Both the position numbers and the translations under genes were made by a program. Source: Methanomassiliicoccaceae archaeon (GTDB lineage: Archaea; Thermoplasmatota; Thermoplasmata; Methanomassiliicoccales; Methanomethylophilaceae). Taken from it: 64,000 bases of DNA. The notes beneath the pieces were generated by a model. It saw only the letters and a program-made list of their open reading frames with translations, made no database searches and was not told the DNA's origin. Below, one piece after another: positions 16,644 through 26,232 of the stretch. The stretch covers positions 7,182 to 71,181 of the forward strand of contig PWJQ01000035.1 in the NCBI GenBank assembly GCA_003560875.1, read 5' to 3'. The stretch's first letter is position 1; each line of letters begins with the position of its first letter.

Positions 16644-17996
16644 ATGGACGTTGACGTCCAGCTTCCCCCGAAACTCCTTTCCAGTTTCTCTTATTGCGCT
16701 GATGTACTGAAAAAGCATTGCCATGTTCAGCTGATATCGCATTACGACGCCGACGGCATCGCTGCTGCCGGCATCATCGCCAACGCCCTGTTGCGTCAGG
16801 GTAAGAGCGTGCATGTGAGTATGTACAAGGCCTTGAACGCCAAGGGAGCGGAGGCGATAGCCTCCTCAGGAGAGGCCTGCACCATAATCACCGACATGGG
16901 GGCTTCGCACCTGGGCACCCTCTTCTCCTCTGATAACGACGTGATCGTTCTTGACCACCATCAGAACGATGAACTGTATGAGGACCGCCCTTACGTGAAC
17001 CCGCACAACCACGGCATAGACGGAATGACGTCGGCCTGCGCCTCATCGCTGGCCATCATGCTCGCCGTGGAGATGGATGAACGTAATTGGGACCTCGTGC
17101 AGCTGGCTTTCGCCGGCATAGCCGGTGACCGTCAGCACGTCAACGGCGTCACGGGCATCAACGCCCATCTTCTCAAGGAGGGCCTCGCCCGGTCCCACCT
17201 GCAGCTGCAGGAGGGCTCCCTGATACCCCCGGGTGAACTGAGGTCGGCCCTGTACCACAGCACCGACCCCTACATCGTGGGAGTGAGCTCCGACCCCGAG
17301 GGCGTTGACGCCCTTCTCCAGGAGGCTGCTGTGCCTCCAGGGACCAAGGACAGTGACCTCGACCCGCAGTCGCGCCGGAGGTTGTCCTCCTTGATAGCCC
17401 TGCGCCTGATGTCCCAAGGCGTCAGCCTTCCGACCCTGCGGGAGGTGTCACGGACCCGCTACACACTGCCGTCATGGGGTGTGGACGCGGAGGGTCTAGC
17501 CTCCCTGCTGAACGCCTGCGGGCGCAAGGACCAGGAGGGCCTGGGGATGGCTGTGGCACTCGGGGACGAGGGTGCACGCGTTGCGGCGGATGCCATGCGC
17601 TTCGAGTACATGGACGAGGTCGTCAGATCCATCAAGGACCTCGAGGTCCAAGGATTGCAGAGTATGGAGGGCATCCAGTATTTCCACAGCCCCTCATCAG
17701 GATACACCGGGATAATCTGCGGGGTGGCAATGCAGTACCTCGGCGACAGCCGCTTGCCCTGTTTCGGCCTCAGCCGCAAGGAGACCAGCGTCCGCATCTC
17801 CGGACGTGGTACGAACGAACAGTTAGCAGAGGGTATGGACCTCGCCGTGGCATTGAGGGACGCCAGCGCATCGGTGGGCGGCAGCGGTGGCGGTCACCGC
17901 ATAGCCAGTGGCGCCGCGGTGCCCTTGGAGAAGGAAGAGGAGTTTTTGAGCGTACTCAACGATATCATCCTATCCCAGCGCTCCGGCGCCAAGTGA
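16644..17996 (+). CDS. DHH-family phosphoesterase, archaeal RecJ/Cdc45-like nuclease
   Basis: DHH motifs are present: SHYDADGIAAAG (I), IITDMG (II), VLDHHQ (III), and DHHA1-like GGGHRIASGA. It sits immediately downstream of rps15, a linkage common for archaeal RecJ-like genes. Confidence 0.8.
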   Translation: MDVDVQLPPKLLSSFSYCADVLKKHCHVQLISHYDADGIAAAGIIANALLRQGKSVHVSMYKALNAKGAEAIASSGEACTIITDMGASHLGTLFSSDNDVIVLDHHQNDELYEDRPYVNPHNHGIDGMTSACASSLAIMLAVEMDERNWDLVQLAFAGIAGDRQHVNGVTGINAHLLKEGLARSHLQLQEGSLIPPGELRSALYHSTDPYIVGVSSDPEGVDALLQEAAVPPGTKDSDLDPQSRRRLSSLIALRLMSQGVSLPTLREVSRTRYTLPSWGVDAEGLASLLNACGRKDQEGLGMAVALGDEGARVAADAMRFEYMDEVVRSIKDLEVQGLQSMEGIQYFHSPSSGYTGIICGVAMQYLGDSRLPCFGLSRKETSVRISGRGTNEQLAEGMDLAVALRDASASVGGSGGGHRIASGAAVPLEKEEEFLSVLNDIILSQRSGAK

Positions 17997-18966
17997 CCTC
18001 CACCTCATCGGTGCGGAAGCGTTGGTCGACCCTGCTGCCATCGATCCCCGAGCGTATACCGGCGTCGTGCATCACCTTGCCGGTCCAGGCTATCATGGCA
18101 CCGTTGTCGATGCATAGCTTCGGTTCGGGGACGAATATCTCCGCCCCCCTCTCCTCGGCCATCATGCGCGCCATCTCCCGCAACCTCTTGTTCTGGACCA
18201 CGCCGCCTCCCAGCAGCAGTTGGTCCTTACCTATGTGCGCCATCGCCCTCTCCGTGACCTCGGTGAGCATGGCGAAGCAGGTCTCCTGCACCGAGTGGCA
18301 GATGTCCGGTAGCGGCACGCCTTTACGACGCAGGGCCACGGCGGCGGTCATTATGCCGGAGAAGGCCACGTCCATCCCCTTCACCGAGTAGGGCAGTTCG
18401 TGATACCGGTCCGATTCCAAGGCCAGTCTCTCAATGGCCGGCCCGGCGTAATAACCGAGACCTAGTTCACGACCCAGTTTGTCGAACATGTTGCCGATGC
18501 CGATGTCCAACGTCTCACCGAAGATGCGGTAACGCCCCTCGGCCAAGGCGATCACCTGGGTGTTGCCGCCGGAGGCATAGAGGAGCACGGGGTCATCGCA
18601 ACCGGTGCTGGCTATACCTATCTCCAGATGAGCTATGCAATGATTGACGCCCAGCAACGGGACGTTGAGGGACATGGATAACGAACGGGCGGCGGTGGCC
18701 ACCGTACGTAGGCAGGGTCCGAGCCCCGGGCCACGGGAGAATGACACCAGCCCTATGTCCCGGATCGATACCCCGGCGGCCTCCAGTGCCTTACGGATGA
18801 CCGGTGTGACCCTTTCAGCGTGATGGTTCGCCGCCTCGCGGGGGTGTATGCCGCCTTCAGGAGGCCGGTACATCTCCAACTCGTTCGCCAGGACATTGGC
18901 GTTCTCATCGACTATGCCCACACCGACGGTGTGGGCCGTGCCTTCTATACCCAGGGTAAGCATCAT
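17965..18966 (-). CDS. kae1: tRNA N6-adenosine threonylcarbamoyltransferase Kae1 (not fused to Bud32)
   Basis: MMLTLGIEGTAHT, NHCIAHLEIG (metal-binding His pair), GGNTQV and GGGVVQN. The 333-aa length fits a stand-alone Kae1. Confidence 0.92.
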   Translation of the reverse strand: MMLTLGIEGTAHTVGVGIVDENANVLANELEMYRPPEGGIHPREAANHHAERVTPVIRKALEAAGVSIRDIGLVSFSRGPGLGPCLRTVATAARSLSMSLNVPLLGVNHCIAHLEIGIASTGCDDPVLLYASGGNTQVIALAEGRYRIFGETLDIGIGNMFDKLGRELGLGYYAGPAIERLALESDRYHELPYSVKGMDVAFSGIMTAAVALRRKGVPLPDICHSVQETCFAMLTEVTERAMAHIGKDQLLLGGGVVQNKRLREMARMMAEERGAEIFVPEPKLCIDNGAMIAWTGKVMHDAGIRSGIDGSRVDQRFRTDEVEVTWRRSAGIG

Positions 18967-19202
18967 TCGTTACCGGCGAGTTTCTTCAAACGGTCGATTA
19001 TCTTTATGGCCCCGGTGACGACCTCCTCATCGACCACCAGAACCGGGAATTCTAATTCCAGTATCTCGTAGTACGCAGCCTCGGCCATCCCGTCGACGGT
19101 GGTGGCATCCATGAACTGGATGTCCAGCCCCCCGGGTATACGCTGCTTGACGTGGTCGCACTTCTGGCAATCGGGCTTGCTGAAAAGGATTATCTCTGTC
19201 AT
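18963..19202 (-). CDS. Glutaredoxin/thioredoxin-like small redox protein
   Basis: 79 aa with ILFSKPDCQKCDHVK (CxxC) and a thioredoxin-fold-like pattern. Its stop overlaps the kae1 start by 4 nt. The rest of track ORF 18963..19424 runs into the tRNA promoter region and is not conserved-looking. Confidence 0.7.
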   Translation of the reverse strand: MTEIILFSKPDCQKCDHVKQRIPGGLDIQFMDATTVDGMAEAAYYEILELEFPVLVVDEEVVTGAIKIIDRLKKLAGNE

Positions 19203-19332
19203 GACGTCGTGACGATTGCTTATCCGGATTAATACATTATCCCGTCTACCATGGAGAGGCCGCCGCCGCGTCCGCGTCATGCGTCCTGATGTACCCGCAG
19301 AGGATGCCAGCAATGCGCCGGACAGTGCAAAG

Positions 19333-19347
19333 TTATAATAATAAAAA
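19333..19347 (+). promoter_or_regulatory. TATA box for tRNA-Val
   Basis: ttataataataaaaa is centred ~27 nt upstream of the mature tRNA 5' end (19367), the canonical archaeal spacing. Confidence 0.6.
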
Positions 19348-19366
19348 CGGGTATCCACGTTCCCGA

Positions 19367-19442
19367 GGGCTCGTGGTCTAGGGGTTATGACGTCGCCTTG
19401 ACATGGCGGAGGTCGCCGGTTCAAATCCGGCCGAGCCCACCA
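19367..19442 (+). tRNA. tRNA-Val (anticodon GAC), CCA encoded
   Basis: Acceptor GGGCTCG/CGAGCCC. Anticodon stem TCGCC/GGCGG carries loop TTGACAT. T-loop is GGTTCAAATCC, followed by discriminator A and CCA. Confidence 0.93.
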
Positions 19443-19546
19443 TCAACCTATTTACTTCCATTCTATCGTCGACCTTGATGCCGACGCAATTGATTATCAG
19501 CAATCAATGACATCCGCCTAGCGGCCAAGAGGGCGGGTAGTTTCTC

Positions 19547-20827
19547 ATGGATGTTACCAAGGAGGCGATCGACAGACTTCTACGGCACCGGTGGGCGATA
19601 TTCGCCATACTCGCCTTGGCGTACTTCCTGGTCTACTTCCACCGCACATCCACCTCCGTGGTCGGATCGGACATCGGCGCCACCTTCGGCGTGGGAGCCA
19701 CTTCGATAGCCCTACTCGGTTCCTCTTACTTCTTCGTGTACACCGTGATGCAGCTGCCCAGTGGCATACTGGCCGATCGGTGGGGCTCACGTAACACCGT
19801 CTCCCTCTTCCTGGTGATCGCCGCCATCGGCTCCTTGATCACCGCCTTGGCGCCCTCTTTCGAGGCGGTCATGGTGGGAAGGATACTGACCAGCGCGGGT
19901 GTGGCCATGATCTACATACCGACCATGCGCATACTGGCACTGTGGTTCAGATCCGATGAGTTCGCCTCCCTCTCCGGCATCCTGCTGGCAGTCGGCAACG
20001 CCGGGGCCATCGTCGCCGCCACGCCGCTGGCGGTCATGACCGCCTCATACGGGTGGCAGAACGTCTATCTGTTGTTGGCGTTGCTCACCGCCATCCTCCC
20101 TGTGCTCTGCTACATCATCGTCGTCGACCGTCCCTCGCAGAGGGGGCTTCCCGATATACAGACCATCGAAAGGTTCGAGACCGGTGTCACCGACCCCGCC
20201 CCCGTCGTGGAGACGTTCACCGTCATGGAGGGCGTCAAGACGGCGTTCATGGGAGGGAGGAAGTTCTGGCCTCTGGCCATCTGGTTCTTCATAATATATG
20301 GGACCATCATGATGTACCAGGGCCTGCAGATGGGACCCTACTACCGCAACATCTACGGCATGGAGGACTACAGCCTGATGATAACCATGGTAGGGGTGGG
20401 CATCATCGCCGGATCACCGGTCTCAGGACTGTTGTCCGACAAGATACTGAAGTCGAGACGCAAGGTCCTCATCGCCGGTACGTTACTGTACACCGCAGTG
20501 TGGTTCGTCCTCTGGTCGACCGCGGGGCAGTTGGACAGCCTCGCCATTCAGGCGATCATCAACTTCCTGTTCGGTTTCTTCGGGGGATGGTTCATAGTGA
20601 CCTTCGCACAGATCAAGGAGATGTTCCCCCTCGCCATAGTAGGGACGGTGACCGCCTCCCTGAACATATTCCCCTTCGCCGGCGGGGCCCTGTTCCAGGT
20701 GGCCTCCGGACTCGTGGTGACATCGGGCACGGAGCTCGCGGAGTTCAAGACCCTGTGGGGCTACGCCTTCCTATGCATGCTGGTGGCCTGCGTGGCGGCC
20801 TATCTGACGGTGGAGAAGGAGCGTTAG
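19547..20827 (+). CDS. MFS transporter
   Basis: 426 aa with ~12 hydrophobic segments. It has the MFS-like loop motif LPSGILADRWGSR (G-x3-D-R-x-G-R-like) between TM2 and TM3. Confidence 0.75.
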   Translation: MDVTKEAIDRLLRHRWAIFAILALAYFLVYFHRTSTSVVGSDIGATFGVGATSIALLGSSYFFVYTVMQLPSGILADRWGSRNTVSLFLVIAAIGSLITALAPSFEAVMVGRILTSAGVAMIYIPTMRILALWFRSDEFASLSGILLAVGNAGAIVAATPLAVMTASYGWQNVYLLLALLTAILPVLCYIIVVDRPSQRGLPDIQTIERFETGVTDPAPVVETFTVMEGVKTAFMGGRKFWPLAIWFFIIYGTIMMYQGLQMGPYYRNIYGMEDYSLMITMVGVGIIAGSPVSGLLSDKILKSRRKVLIAGTLLYTAVWFVLWSTAGQLDSLAIQAIINFLFGFFGGWFIVTFAQIKEMFPLAIVGTVTASLNIFPFAGGALFQVASGLVVTSGTELAEFKTLWGYAFLCMLVACVAAYLTVEKER

Positions 20828-20938
20828 GCCGCGGAACTCGCTCACAACCGCTCCCGTGCGACCGTGTCATGCAATGGTTGGATGGACAGTATTATATGTC
20901 GCGAAAACGAACATTCTCTTTATTCTCAAGGTGGGATA

Positions 20939-22393
20939 ATGACGAAAAAAATGACTACCAACAACGGCGCCGTGATCGACAACGACCTGAACAGCGTCAC
21001 CGCCGGTCTACCAGGGCCGGTATTGATACAGGACGTGCATCTCGTGGAGAAGCTCGCCCATTTCAATCGCGAAAGGATACCGGAGAGGGTCGTGCATGCC
21101 AAAGGGGCGGGCGCCGGTGGATACTTCGAACTCACCAAAGACGTCTCGAAATGGACAAAGGCCAAGTTCCTGTCCGAGGTGGGGAAGAAGACGGAGGTCT
21201 TCGTCCGATTCTCGACCGTGGGCGGGGAGAAGGGCTCCGCCGATGCTGAGAGGGACCCACGGGGGTTCGCCATCAAGTTCTACACCGAGGACGGTAACTA
21301 CGACCTGGTGGGTAACAACACCCCGGTCTTCTTCATCCGCGACCCGGTGAAGTTCCCGGACTTCATACACACCCAGAAGAGGAAACCGGGTAGCAACCTC
21401 AAGGATGCGGACATGTTCTGGGACTTCCTTTCCCTCACACCGGAATCGGTGCATCAGGTGACCATCCTGTTCTCCGACCGTGGAACTCCCCGCACCTACC
21501 GTAACATGAACGGTTACGGCAGCCACACCTACAAATGGTACAACGACGCCGGAGAGCAGTTCTACGTCAAATACCACTTCAAGACCGACCAGGGAGTGGA
21601 CAACTTCACCATGGAGGAGGCCGAGGTGATGAAGGGCAAGGACCCCGACAGCGCCACCAGGGACCTGCACGAGGCCATCGCCCGTGGCGACCCGCCGTCC
21701 TGGACCCTACAGGTGCAGATCATGACCCCCGAGGAGGCCGAGGAGTACCGTTTCGACCCCTTCGACGTCACCAAGGTCTGGCCCCACGGGGACTATCCGG
21801 TGATGGACATCGGCCGGATGGTCCTGGACCGCAACCCCGGCAACTACTTCGCCGAGGTGGAGCAGGCGGCATACGCGCCCAGTAACTTCGTGCCTGGAAT
21901 AGCCGCCTCACCGGACAAGATGTTACAGGGGAGGCTCTTCGCCTACCCCGACGCCCACCGCTACCGCCTGGGCGCCAATTACACGCAGCTGCCGGTCAAC
22001 GCCCCCAAGGCGGCGAGGATGAACAACTATCAGCGCGACGGCCCGATGCGTTTCGACGGCAACCTCGGGGACGGTCCCAACTACTGGCCCAACAGCTTCG
22101 GTGGTCCGGATCCGGTGCCTGACAGCGGCGAGCCGATGTTCGAGGTGTCCGGCAAGGCCGGCAGACAGCCCTATATCCATCCCAACGACGACCACGTCCA
22201 GGCCGGGGACCTTTACCGCAAGGCGATGAATGACCAGGACCGTACGAACCTGGTGAAGAACATCGTCGCCCATCTCGGTAACGCCCGTAAGGACATCCAA
22301 GTCCGCCAAGTCAAGATATTCCTCAAAGCGGATGAGGAGTACGGTGGCCGCGTCGCTGAAGGATTGGGCCTGAGCGCATCGGACCTGCAGTGA
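20939..22393 (+). CDS. katA: Monofunctional haem catalase
   Basis: [23 protein letters not shown] (distal His), RGFAIKFYT and [14 protein letters not shown] (proximal Tyr region). ATG 20939 has GGTGG 5 nt upstream. The track ORF starts at 20864. Confidence 0.93.
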   Translation: MTKKMTTNNGAVIDNDLNSVTAGLPGPVLIQDVHLVEKLAHFNRERIPERVVHAKGAGAGGYFELTKDVSKWTKAKFLSEVGKKTEVFVRFSTVGGEKGSADAERDPRGFAIKFYTEDGNYDLVGNNTPVFFIRDPVKFPDFIHTQKRKPGSNLKDADMFWDFLSLTPESVHQVTILFSDRGTPRTYRNMNGYGSHTYKWYNDAGEQFYVKYHFKTDQGVDNFTMEEAEVMKGKDPDSATRDLHEAIARGDPPSWTLQVQIMTPEEAEEYRFDPFDVTKVWPHGDYPVMDIGRMVLDRNPGNYFAEVEQAAYAPSNFVPGIAASPDKMLQGRLFAYPDAHRYRLGANYTQLPVNAPKAARMNNYQRDGPMRFDGNLGDGPNYWPNSFGGPDPVPDSGEPMFEVSGKAGRQPYIHPNDDHVQAGDLYRKAMNDQDRTNLVKNIVAHLGNARKDIQVRQVKIFLKADEEYGGRVAEGLGLSASDLQ

Positions 22394-22417
22394 TGGTTCG
22401 ACAAACCCCTTCCATTT

Positions 22418-23326
22418 CTATGCCCTTCTCAGGCCGTGATGGGCGGCGGCCCTTCTGGCGTCCCGGTACTCTTCGGGACGGATGCGCCGTTTGAGTGCCG
22501 CGTGGGCAGCGTTGGACCCCAGGACCTTGTGGCAGGGCCGGTACTGGTCCATGATGTTGACGTAGCTGTCCCGTGACAGCTCCTCGGCTATGAAGGCCAT
22601 GACCCCCTCGCTACCTGCCAACCTCTCCGGTAGCACCAGATGTCTGATGATCATCCCGCGGACGGCGATGCCGTCCTCCACTACGAGGTCCCCGACCTGA
22701 CGGTGCATCTCCTTCAGGGCGGAGCGCATCACCGCCGGGTAGTCGTCCACATGCGACAGCCTCGAGGCCACCGCAGGGTCGTCGTACTTGGCATCGGGCA
22801 TGTAGATGTCCACCACGCCGTCCAACAAGCGCAGCGCCTCCACGCGGTCGTATCCACCGCTGTTGTAGACCAACGGCAACCTCAACCCCCTCCCGGCAGC
22901 GAGGTCCAAGGCCTCCAGTATCTGCGGTATAACGTGGGAGGGCGTCACCAGGTTGATGTTGTGACATCCCATGCGCTGCAGGTCGGCCATCATCTCCGCC
23001 AATCGTTCAGCGTCGACCGCCGCCCCTTCCGAACCCTGACTGATGCCGTGATTCTGGCAGAAGTCGCAGTGCATGTTGCAGCCACCGAAGAATATGGTCC
23101 CCGAACCGTTTCTACCAACCAAGGGAGCCTCCTCACCGAGGTGGGGGCCATAACTGCAGACCGATGCGTTGCGGCCGATGCCGCAGGCGCCTCTGACATC
23201 ATTGATGCGGTCGACGCCACAGTGCCGGGGGCAGCAATGACAATCCGCGAGACGGGACACCGCCTTAGCCGCCCTCTCCGAGAGCTCCCCGCTATTATGC
23301 AGCGACAGGTACGATGGTCCGCTCAT
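22418..23326 (-). CDS. Radical SAM protein, PflX/pyruvate-formate-lyase-activase-like
   Basis: GCNMHCDFCQN (CxxxCxxC) plus an N-terminal Cys-rich segment CHCCPRHCGVDR...C. Length and order resemble COG1313-type proteins. Confidence 0.75.
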   Translation of the reverse strand: MSGPSYLSLHNSGELSERAAKAVSRLADCHCCPRHCGVDRINDVRGACGIGRNASVCSYGPHLGEEAPLVGRNGSGTIFFGGCNMHCDFCQNHGISQGSEGAAVDAERLAEMMADLQRMGCHNINLVTPSHVIPQILEALDLAAGRGLRLPLVYNSGGYDRVEALRLLDGVVDIYMPDAKYDDPAVASRLSHVDDYPAVMRSALKEMHRQVGDLVVEDGIAVRGMIIRHLVLPERLAGSEGVMAFIAEELSRDSYVNIMDQYRPCHKVLGSNAAHAALKRRIRPEEYRDARRAAAHHGLRRA

Positions 23327-23397
23327 CAGGGAAAAATGGGTGGATGAGATTTAAGCCCTTGTCATTACGTCGCTCGACCACACGGTCTGAACAAGCG

Positions 23398-23404
23398 TTT
23401 TAAA
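23398..23404 (+). promoter_or_regulatory. TATA box for tRNA-Gly
   Basis: ttttaaa is centred ~28 nt upstream of the tRNA 5' end (23429). Confidence 0.5.
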
Positions 23405-23428
23405 CCTGAATTCGTTACACCGTCCCAC

Positions 23429-23503
23429 GCGACTGTAGTCTAGCGGTTAGGACCGGGGCTTCCCAAGCCTCTAACCCGGGTTCAAATCCCGGCAGTCGCA
23501 CCA
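23429..23503 (+). tRNA. tRNA-Gly (anticodon CCC), CCA encoded
   Basis: Acceptor GCGACTG/CAGTCGC. Anticodon stem GGGGC/GCCTC carries loop TTCCCAA. T-loop is GGTTCAAATCC, followed by discriminator A and CCA. Confidence 0.92.
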
Positions 23504-23558
23504 GACCCCTTCACCAACTAGTCCCTGGGACGCTCTCTTTCTCCCTTAAGAATGAAAT

Positions 23559-24422
23559 ATGATGGATAACGCTACGAGTGACATCGTCCGCGGACGGGGG
23601 GATTTGATGATTGATATGGGAACCTTGGATACTGGAATACCGTTGCTGGGAATGACGTGGTTGAACCTTCTGTCCTCGTTGTTGATCCTTGGCATCGGTA
23701 TCGTGGCGGTCAAGTATGCGGTCCGATATTTCCGTAAAGGCCTCTCCCGGAGCCGTCTACCCGACCTCGTGGTGGAGTTCCTGAGTCGTTTCCTCAGTGT
23801 GCTGCTTTATGTGGCGGTCCTCCTCGTCTTCGTGTCCTCACTCGGTATCGAGGTGGGTCCGGTGGTCCTCGGACTTTCCGCCATAATCGGCCTGGTCCTC
23901 GGATTCGGAATGCAGGACACTCTCACCAATATATCCAGTGGCGTATGGATCGCCGCCCTCAGGCCGATGGACAAAGGGGACTTCGTAACCATCGGCGGAT
24001 ACAGCGGCACCGTCAACGCCGTCGGCATAATGGCCACCGAGCTTCTCACCGTTGACAACCAGCTCATCACCATCCCCAACAAGCTGGTGTGGAACAACTC
24101 CATAATCAACAACACCCGGATGCCCACCCGCCGGGCCTCGGTGGACGTCGGTATTTCGTACAAGTCCGACCTCGACAAGGCTATAAGGGCGGCCATGGAC
24201 CTCATGAACGCCCATCCCAAGGTGTTGCAGGACCCGTCCCCGGCGGTGGTGGTCCTGGGTCTCGGCGACTCGTCGGTGGATCTCCAGTTGCGTGCCTGGA
24301 CTGCGAACGCTGACCTGTGGGGCGTCAAATGGGACCTGACCGGCGATATAATCAAGGTTTTCAGGGACAACGGAATCGAGATACCCTATCCGCAGAGGGA
24401 CGTCCATATGATCACGGAATGA
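23559..24422 (+). CDS. Small-conductance mechanosensitive channel (MscS family)
   Basis: Three N-terminal TM helices are followed by the MscS beta-domain pattern (GDFVTIGGYSGTVNAVGIMATEL...TIPN). The exact start is uncertain. Confidence 0.8.
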   Translation: MMDNATSDIVRGRGDLMIDMGTLDTGIPLLGMTWLNLLSSLLILGIGIVAVKYAVRYFRKGLSRSRLPDLVVEFLSRFLSVLLYVAVLLVFVSSLGIEVGPVVLGLSAIIGLVLGFGMQDTLTNISSGVWIAALRPMDKGDFVTIGGYSGTVNAVGIMATELLTVDNQLITIPNKLVWNNSIINNTRMPTRRASVDVGISYKSDLDKAIRAAMDLMNAHPKVLQDPSPAVVVLGLGDSSVDLQLRAWTANADLWGVKWDLTGDIIKVFRDNGIEIPYPQRDVHMITE

Positions 24423-24528
24423 GTTCCGCGCCCTTGACGGTGATGCTTCGCCCGCACCCCGGTACCTGGCTCAGCATACCCTAACCTTTTATGGTGCAAG
24501 TGCGTATGTTGAAGCGCTGGTTGACACC

Positions 24529-25560
24529 ATGATTGAGGTAGATGGTTCCAGAGGTGAAGGGGGAGGGCAGATAGTGCGTACCTCCATCGCCCTGGCCGCT
24601 CTGACCGGCGAGGAAGTCAGACTCACCAACATACGCGAGAACCGCCCTACCCAGGGACTCTCCCGTCAGCATTGCACCGCCATCGAAGCGGTGGCCGATA
24701 TGAACGAGTCCTGGGTGTCCGGCAACGTCCCCGGATCTCGGGAGATGGTCTTCCGCCCCGGGGTGGGCGGTAGAGGGAATGTCTGCATGGACGTCGGTAG
24801 CGCCGGCAGCATAAGCCTGGTCCTGCAGGCCATGCTGCTCTGCGCCCAATCCCATGATTCCCGGGTCACAATGGACATCAAGGGCGGGACCAACGTGAAA
24901 TGGGCCCCGCCCATCGACTTCTATCCTCAGGTCCTGTTCCCTCTTCTTTCGAAAATGGGCATAAGGGCGGAGATGGAGATAATCAGCCGCGGTTTCTACC
25001 CCCAGGGCCAAGGCCATGTGCGGGTGACCTTCGACCCGGCCAAAAGGATCGAGCCTTTGCGCATCGATGATTTGGGGGAGATACGTGAGGTCAATGCGGT
25101 GAGCTACTGCCAGAACCTCCCGCCGCGCATAGTGGACGAGATGGCCTGGTCCTGTCAGGAGATGCTCTCCGACATCGCCGTTCTCAATGCGGAGAGGGAC
25201 ATCCGTCAGGGCGGCTCCACCGGGGCGGGAATCTCCCTGGTGGCCGTCCACCGCAACGGCATGGTCGGCGCCAGTGCGCTAGGCTCTCGCGCAAACCCCG
25301 CCCGTTTGGTCGGCGAGGAGGCCGCCAAGGATCTGATCGTGGAATTGGAGGGAGGAGGCACCTTGGACGTCCATGCCGCCGACCAGCTGGTCCCCTACAT
25401 GGCGCTGGCGGAGGGCGGTAGCGTGTTCAGGGTCTGGCGCATCAGCAAGCACCTCCTGAGCCAGATGGACCTTCTGGAGACCTTCCTCGATGTGAAATTC
25501 CATATCAGCCGTCTCCCCAAAGGATACCGTATCGAGGTCGAACCGGGAGGGAAGGGATGA
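24529..25560 (+). CDS. rtcA: RNA 3'-terminal phosphate cyclase
   Basis: DGSRGEGGGQIVRTSIALAALTG and NRPTQGLSRQH (adenylylated His) are diagnostic. Confidence 0.92.
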   Translation: MIEVDGSRGEGGGQIVRTSIALAALTGEEVRLTNIRENRPTQGLSRQHCTAIEAVADMNESWVSGNVPGSREMVFRPGVGGRGNVCMDVGSAGSISLVLQAMLLCAQSHDSRVTMDIKGGTNVKWAPPIDFYPQVLFPLLSKMGIRAEMEIISRGFYPQGQGHVRVTFDPAKRIEPLRIDDLGEIREVNAVSYCQNLPPRIVDEMAWSCQEMLSDIAVLNAERDIRQGGSTGAGISLVAVHRNGMVGASALGSRANPARLVGEEAAKDLIVELEGGGTLDVHAADQLVPYMALAEGGSVFRVWRISKHLLSQMDLLETFLDVKFHISRLPKGYRIEVEPGGKG

Positions 25561-26180
25561 TCAGGGTTATCGTGAACTGCGCCATGAGCGCCGATGGCAA
25601 GATAGCGGGCTGCGACCGCCGACAGACCAGGATCTCCACACCGGAGGACATGCAACGGGTCAAGGCCCTGCGGCGGTCGGTGGATGCGATAATGGTCGGC
25701 GTAGGGACCGTGCTGGCGGATGATCCCCATCTCACGGTGAAACACCTCGGCCCGGATGAGAACCCGGTACGCGTGGTGATAGATTCCAAAGGCAGAACGC
25801 CGGATTCAGCATTGGTGCTGGACGGTCGCGCCCGGACCTTGGTGTTCCACGGCGAGGGATGCGACCGCATGTGGGAGGGCGCGGAGTCATTCGTCTGCGG
25901 ACGTGACCGTGTCGACCTGCGGCGTATGCTCGGTATCCTGGAGGAGATGGGCATCGCAACGCTCATGGTGGAGGGGGGCGGCGAGTTGATAGCCTCCCTT
26001 TTCGACGAGGACCTGGTGGACGAGTACAACGTCTTCATCGGCCCGATGGTCATCGGCGGCCGGTGCTCCCCCACGCCCGCGGACGGCGACGGAAGGGATG
26101 GTAAGGATGCCATCCGTCTGCGCTTCGCCGGTTCAGAGGTCCTGGGCGAGGGCGTCCTACTGAGATATCTACGTATTTGA
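25557..26180 (+). CDS. 2,5-diamino-6-ribosylamino-4(3H)-pyrimidinone 5'-phosphate reductase (RibD C-terminal domain type, ArfC-like)
   Basis: VIVNCAMSADGKIA, VDAIMVGVGTVLADDPHLTV and LMVEGGGEL. It aligns by eye with the M. jannaschii MJ0671-type reductase. ATGA overlap with rtcA. Confidence 0.82.
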   Translation: MIRVIVNCAMSADGKIAGCDRRQTRISTPEDMQRVKALRRSVDAIMVGVGTVLADDPHLTVKHLGPDENPVRVVIDSKGRTPDSALVLDGRARTLVFHGEGCDRMWEGAESFVCGRDRVDLRRMLGILEEMGIATLMVEGGGELIASLFDEDLVDEYNVFIGPMVIGGRCSPTPADGDGRDGKDAIRLRFAGSEVLGEGVLLRYLRI

Positions 26181-26191
26181 ACACCGATTCG

Positions 26192-26212
26192 AACATTTTA
26201 TGTACAAATGTT
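26192..26212 (+). promoter_or_regulatory. Perfect 7-bp inverted repeat AACATTT-N7-AAATGTT overlapping a TATA-like element upstream of the DapA-Fae genes
   Basis: The sequence is aacattt tatgtac aaatgtt, located 21-41 nt upstream of ATG 26233. It is a candidate operator/promoter. Confidence 0.4.
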
Positions 26213-26232
26213 TCATAGTAGCGGTGAGACCC

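Noticed and set aside
19443-19546. Inverted repeats ATTGATT-N6-AATCAAT and CCGCC-N13-GGCGG upstream of the MFS transporter gene, as possible operators or att-site remnants after tRNA-Val.
   Set aside because: The arms are short and there is no similarity to the tRNA 3' end, so this is not an att duplication. Such repeats could easily arise by chance.
20053-21249. 398-aa Arg/Gly/His-rich ORF spanning the 3' half of the MFS gene and the 5' part of the catalase gene in another frame.
   Set aside because: It crosses an intergenic region and two well-supported genes. Its composition is typical of an out-of-frame read of GC-rich coding DNA.
23338-23392. Possible C/D box sRNA (GGATGAG ... CTGA) between the radical SAM gene and tRNA-Gly.
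   Set aside because: The C box is imperfect (GAUGAG), there are no internal D'/C' boxes, and there is no terminal stem. The matches are more likely due to chance within divergent promoter DNA.
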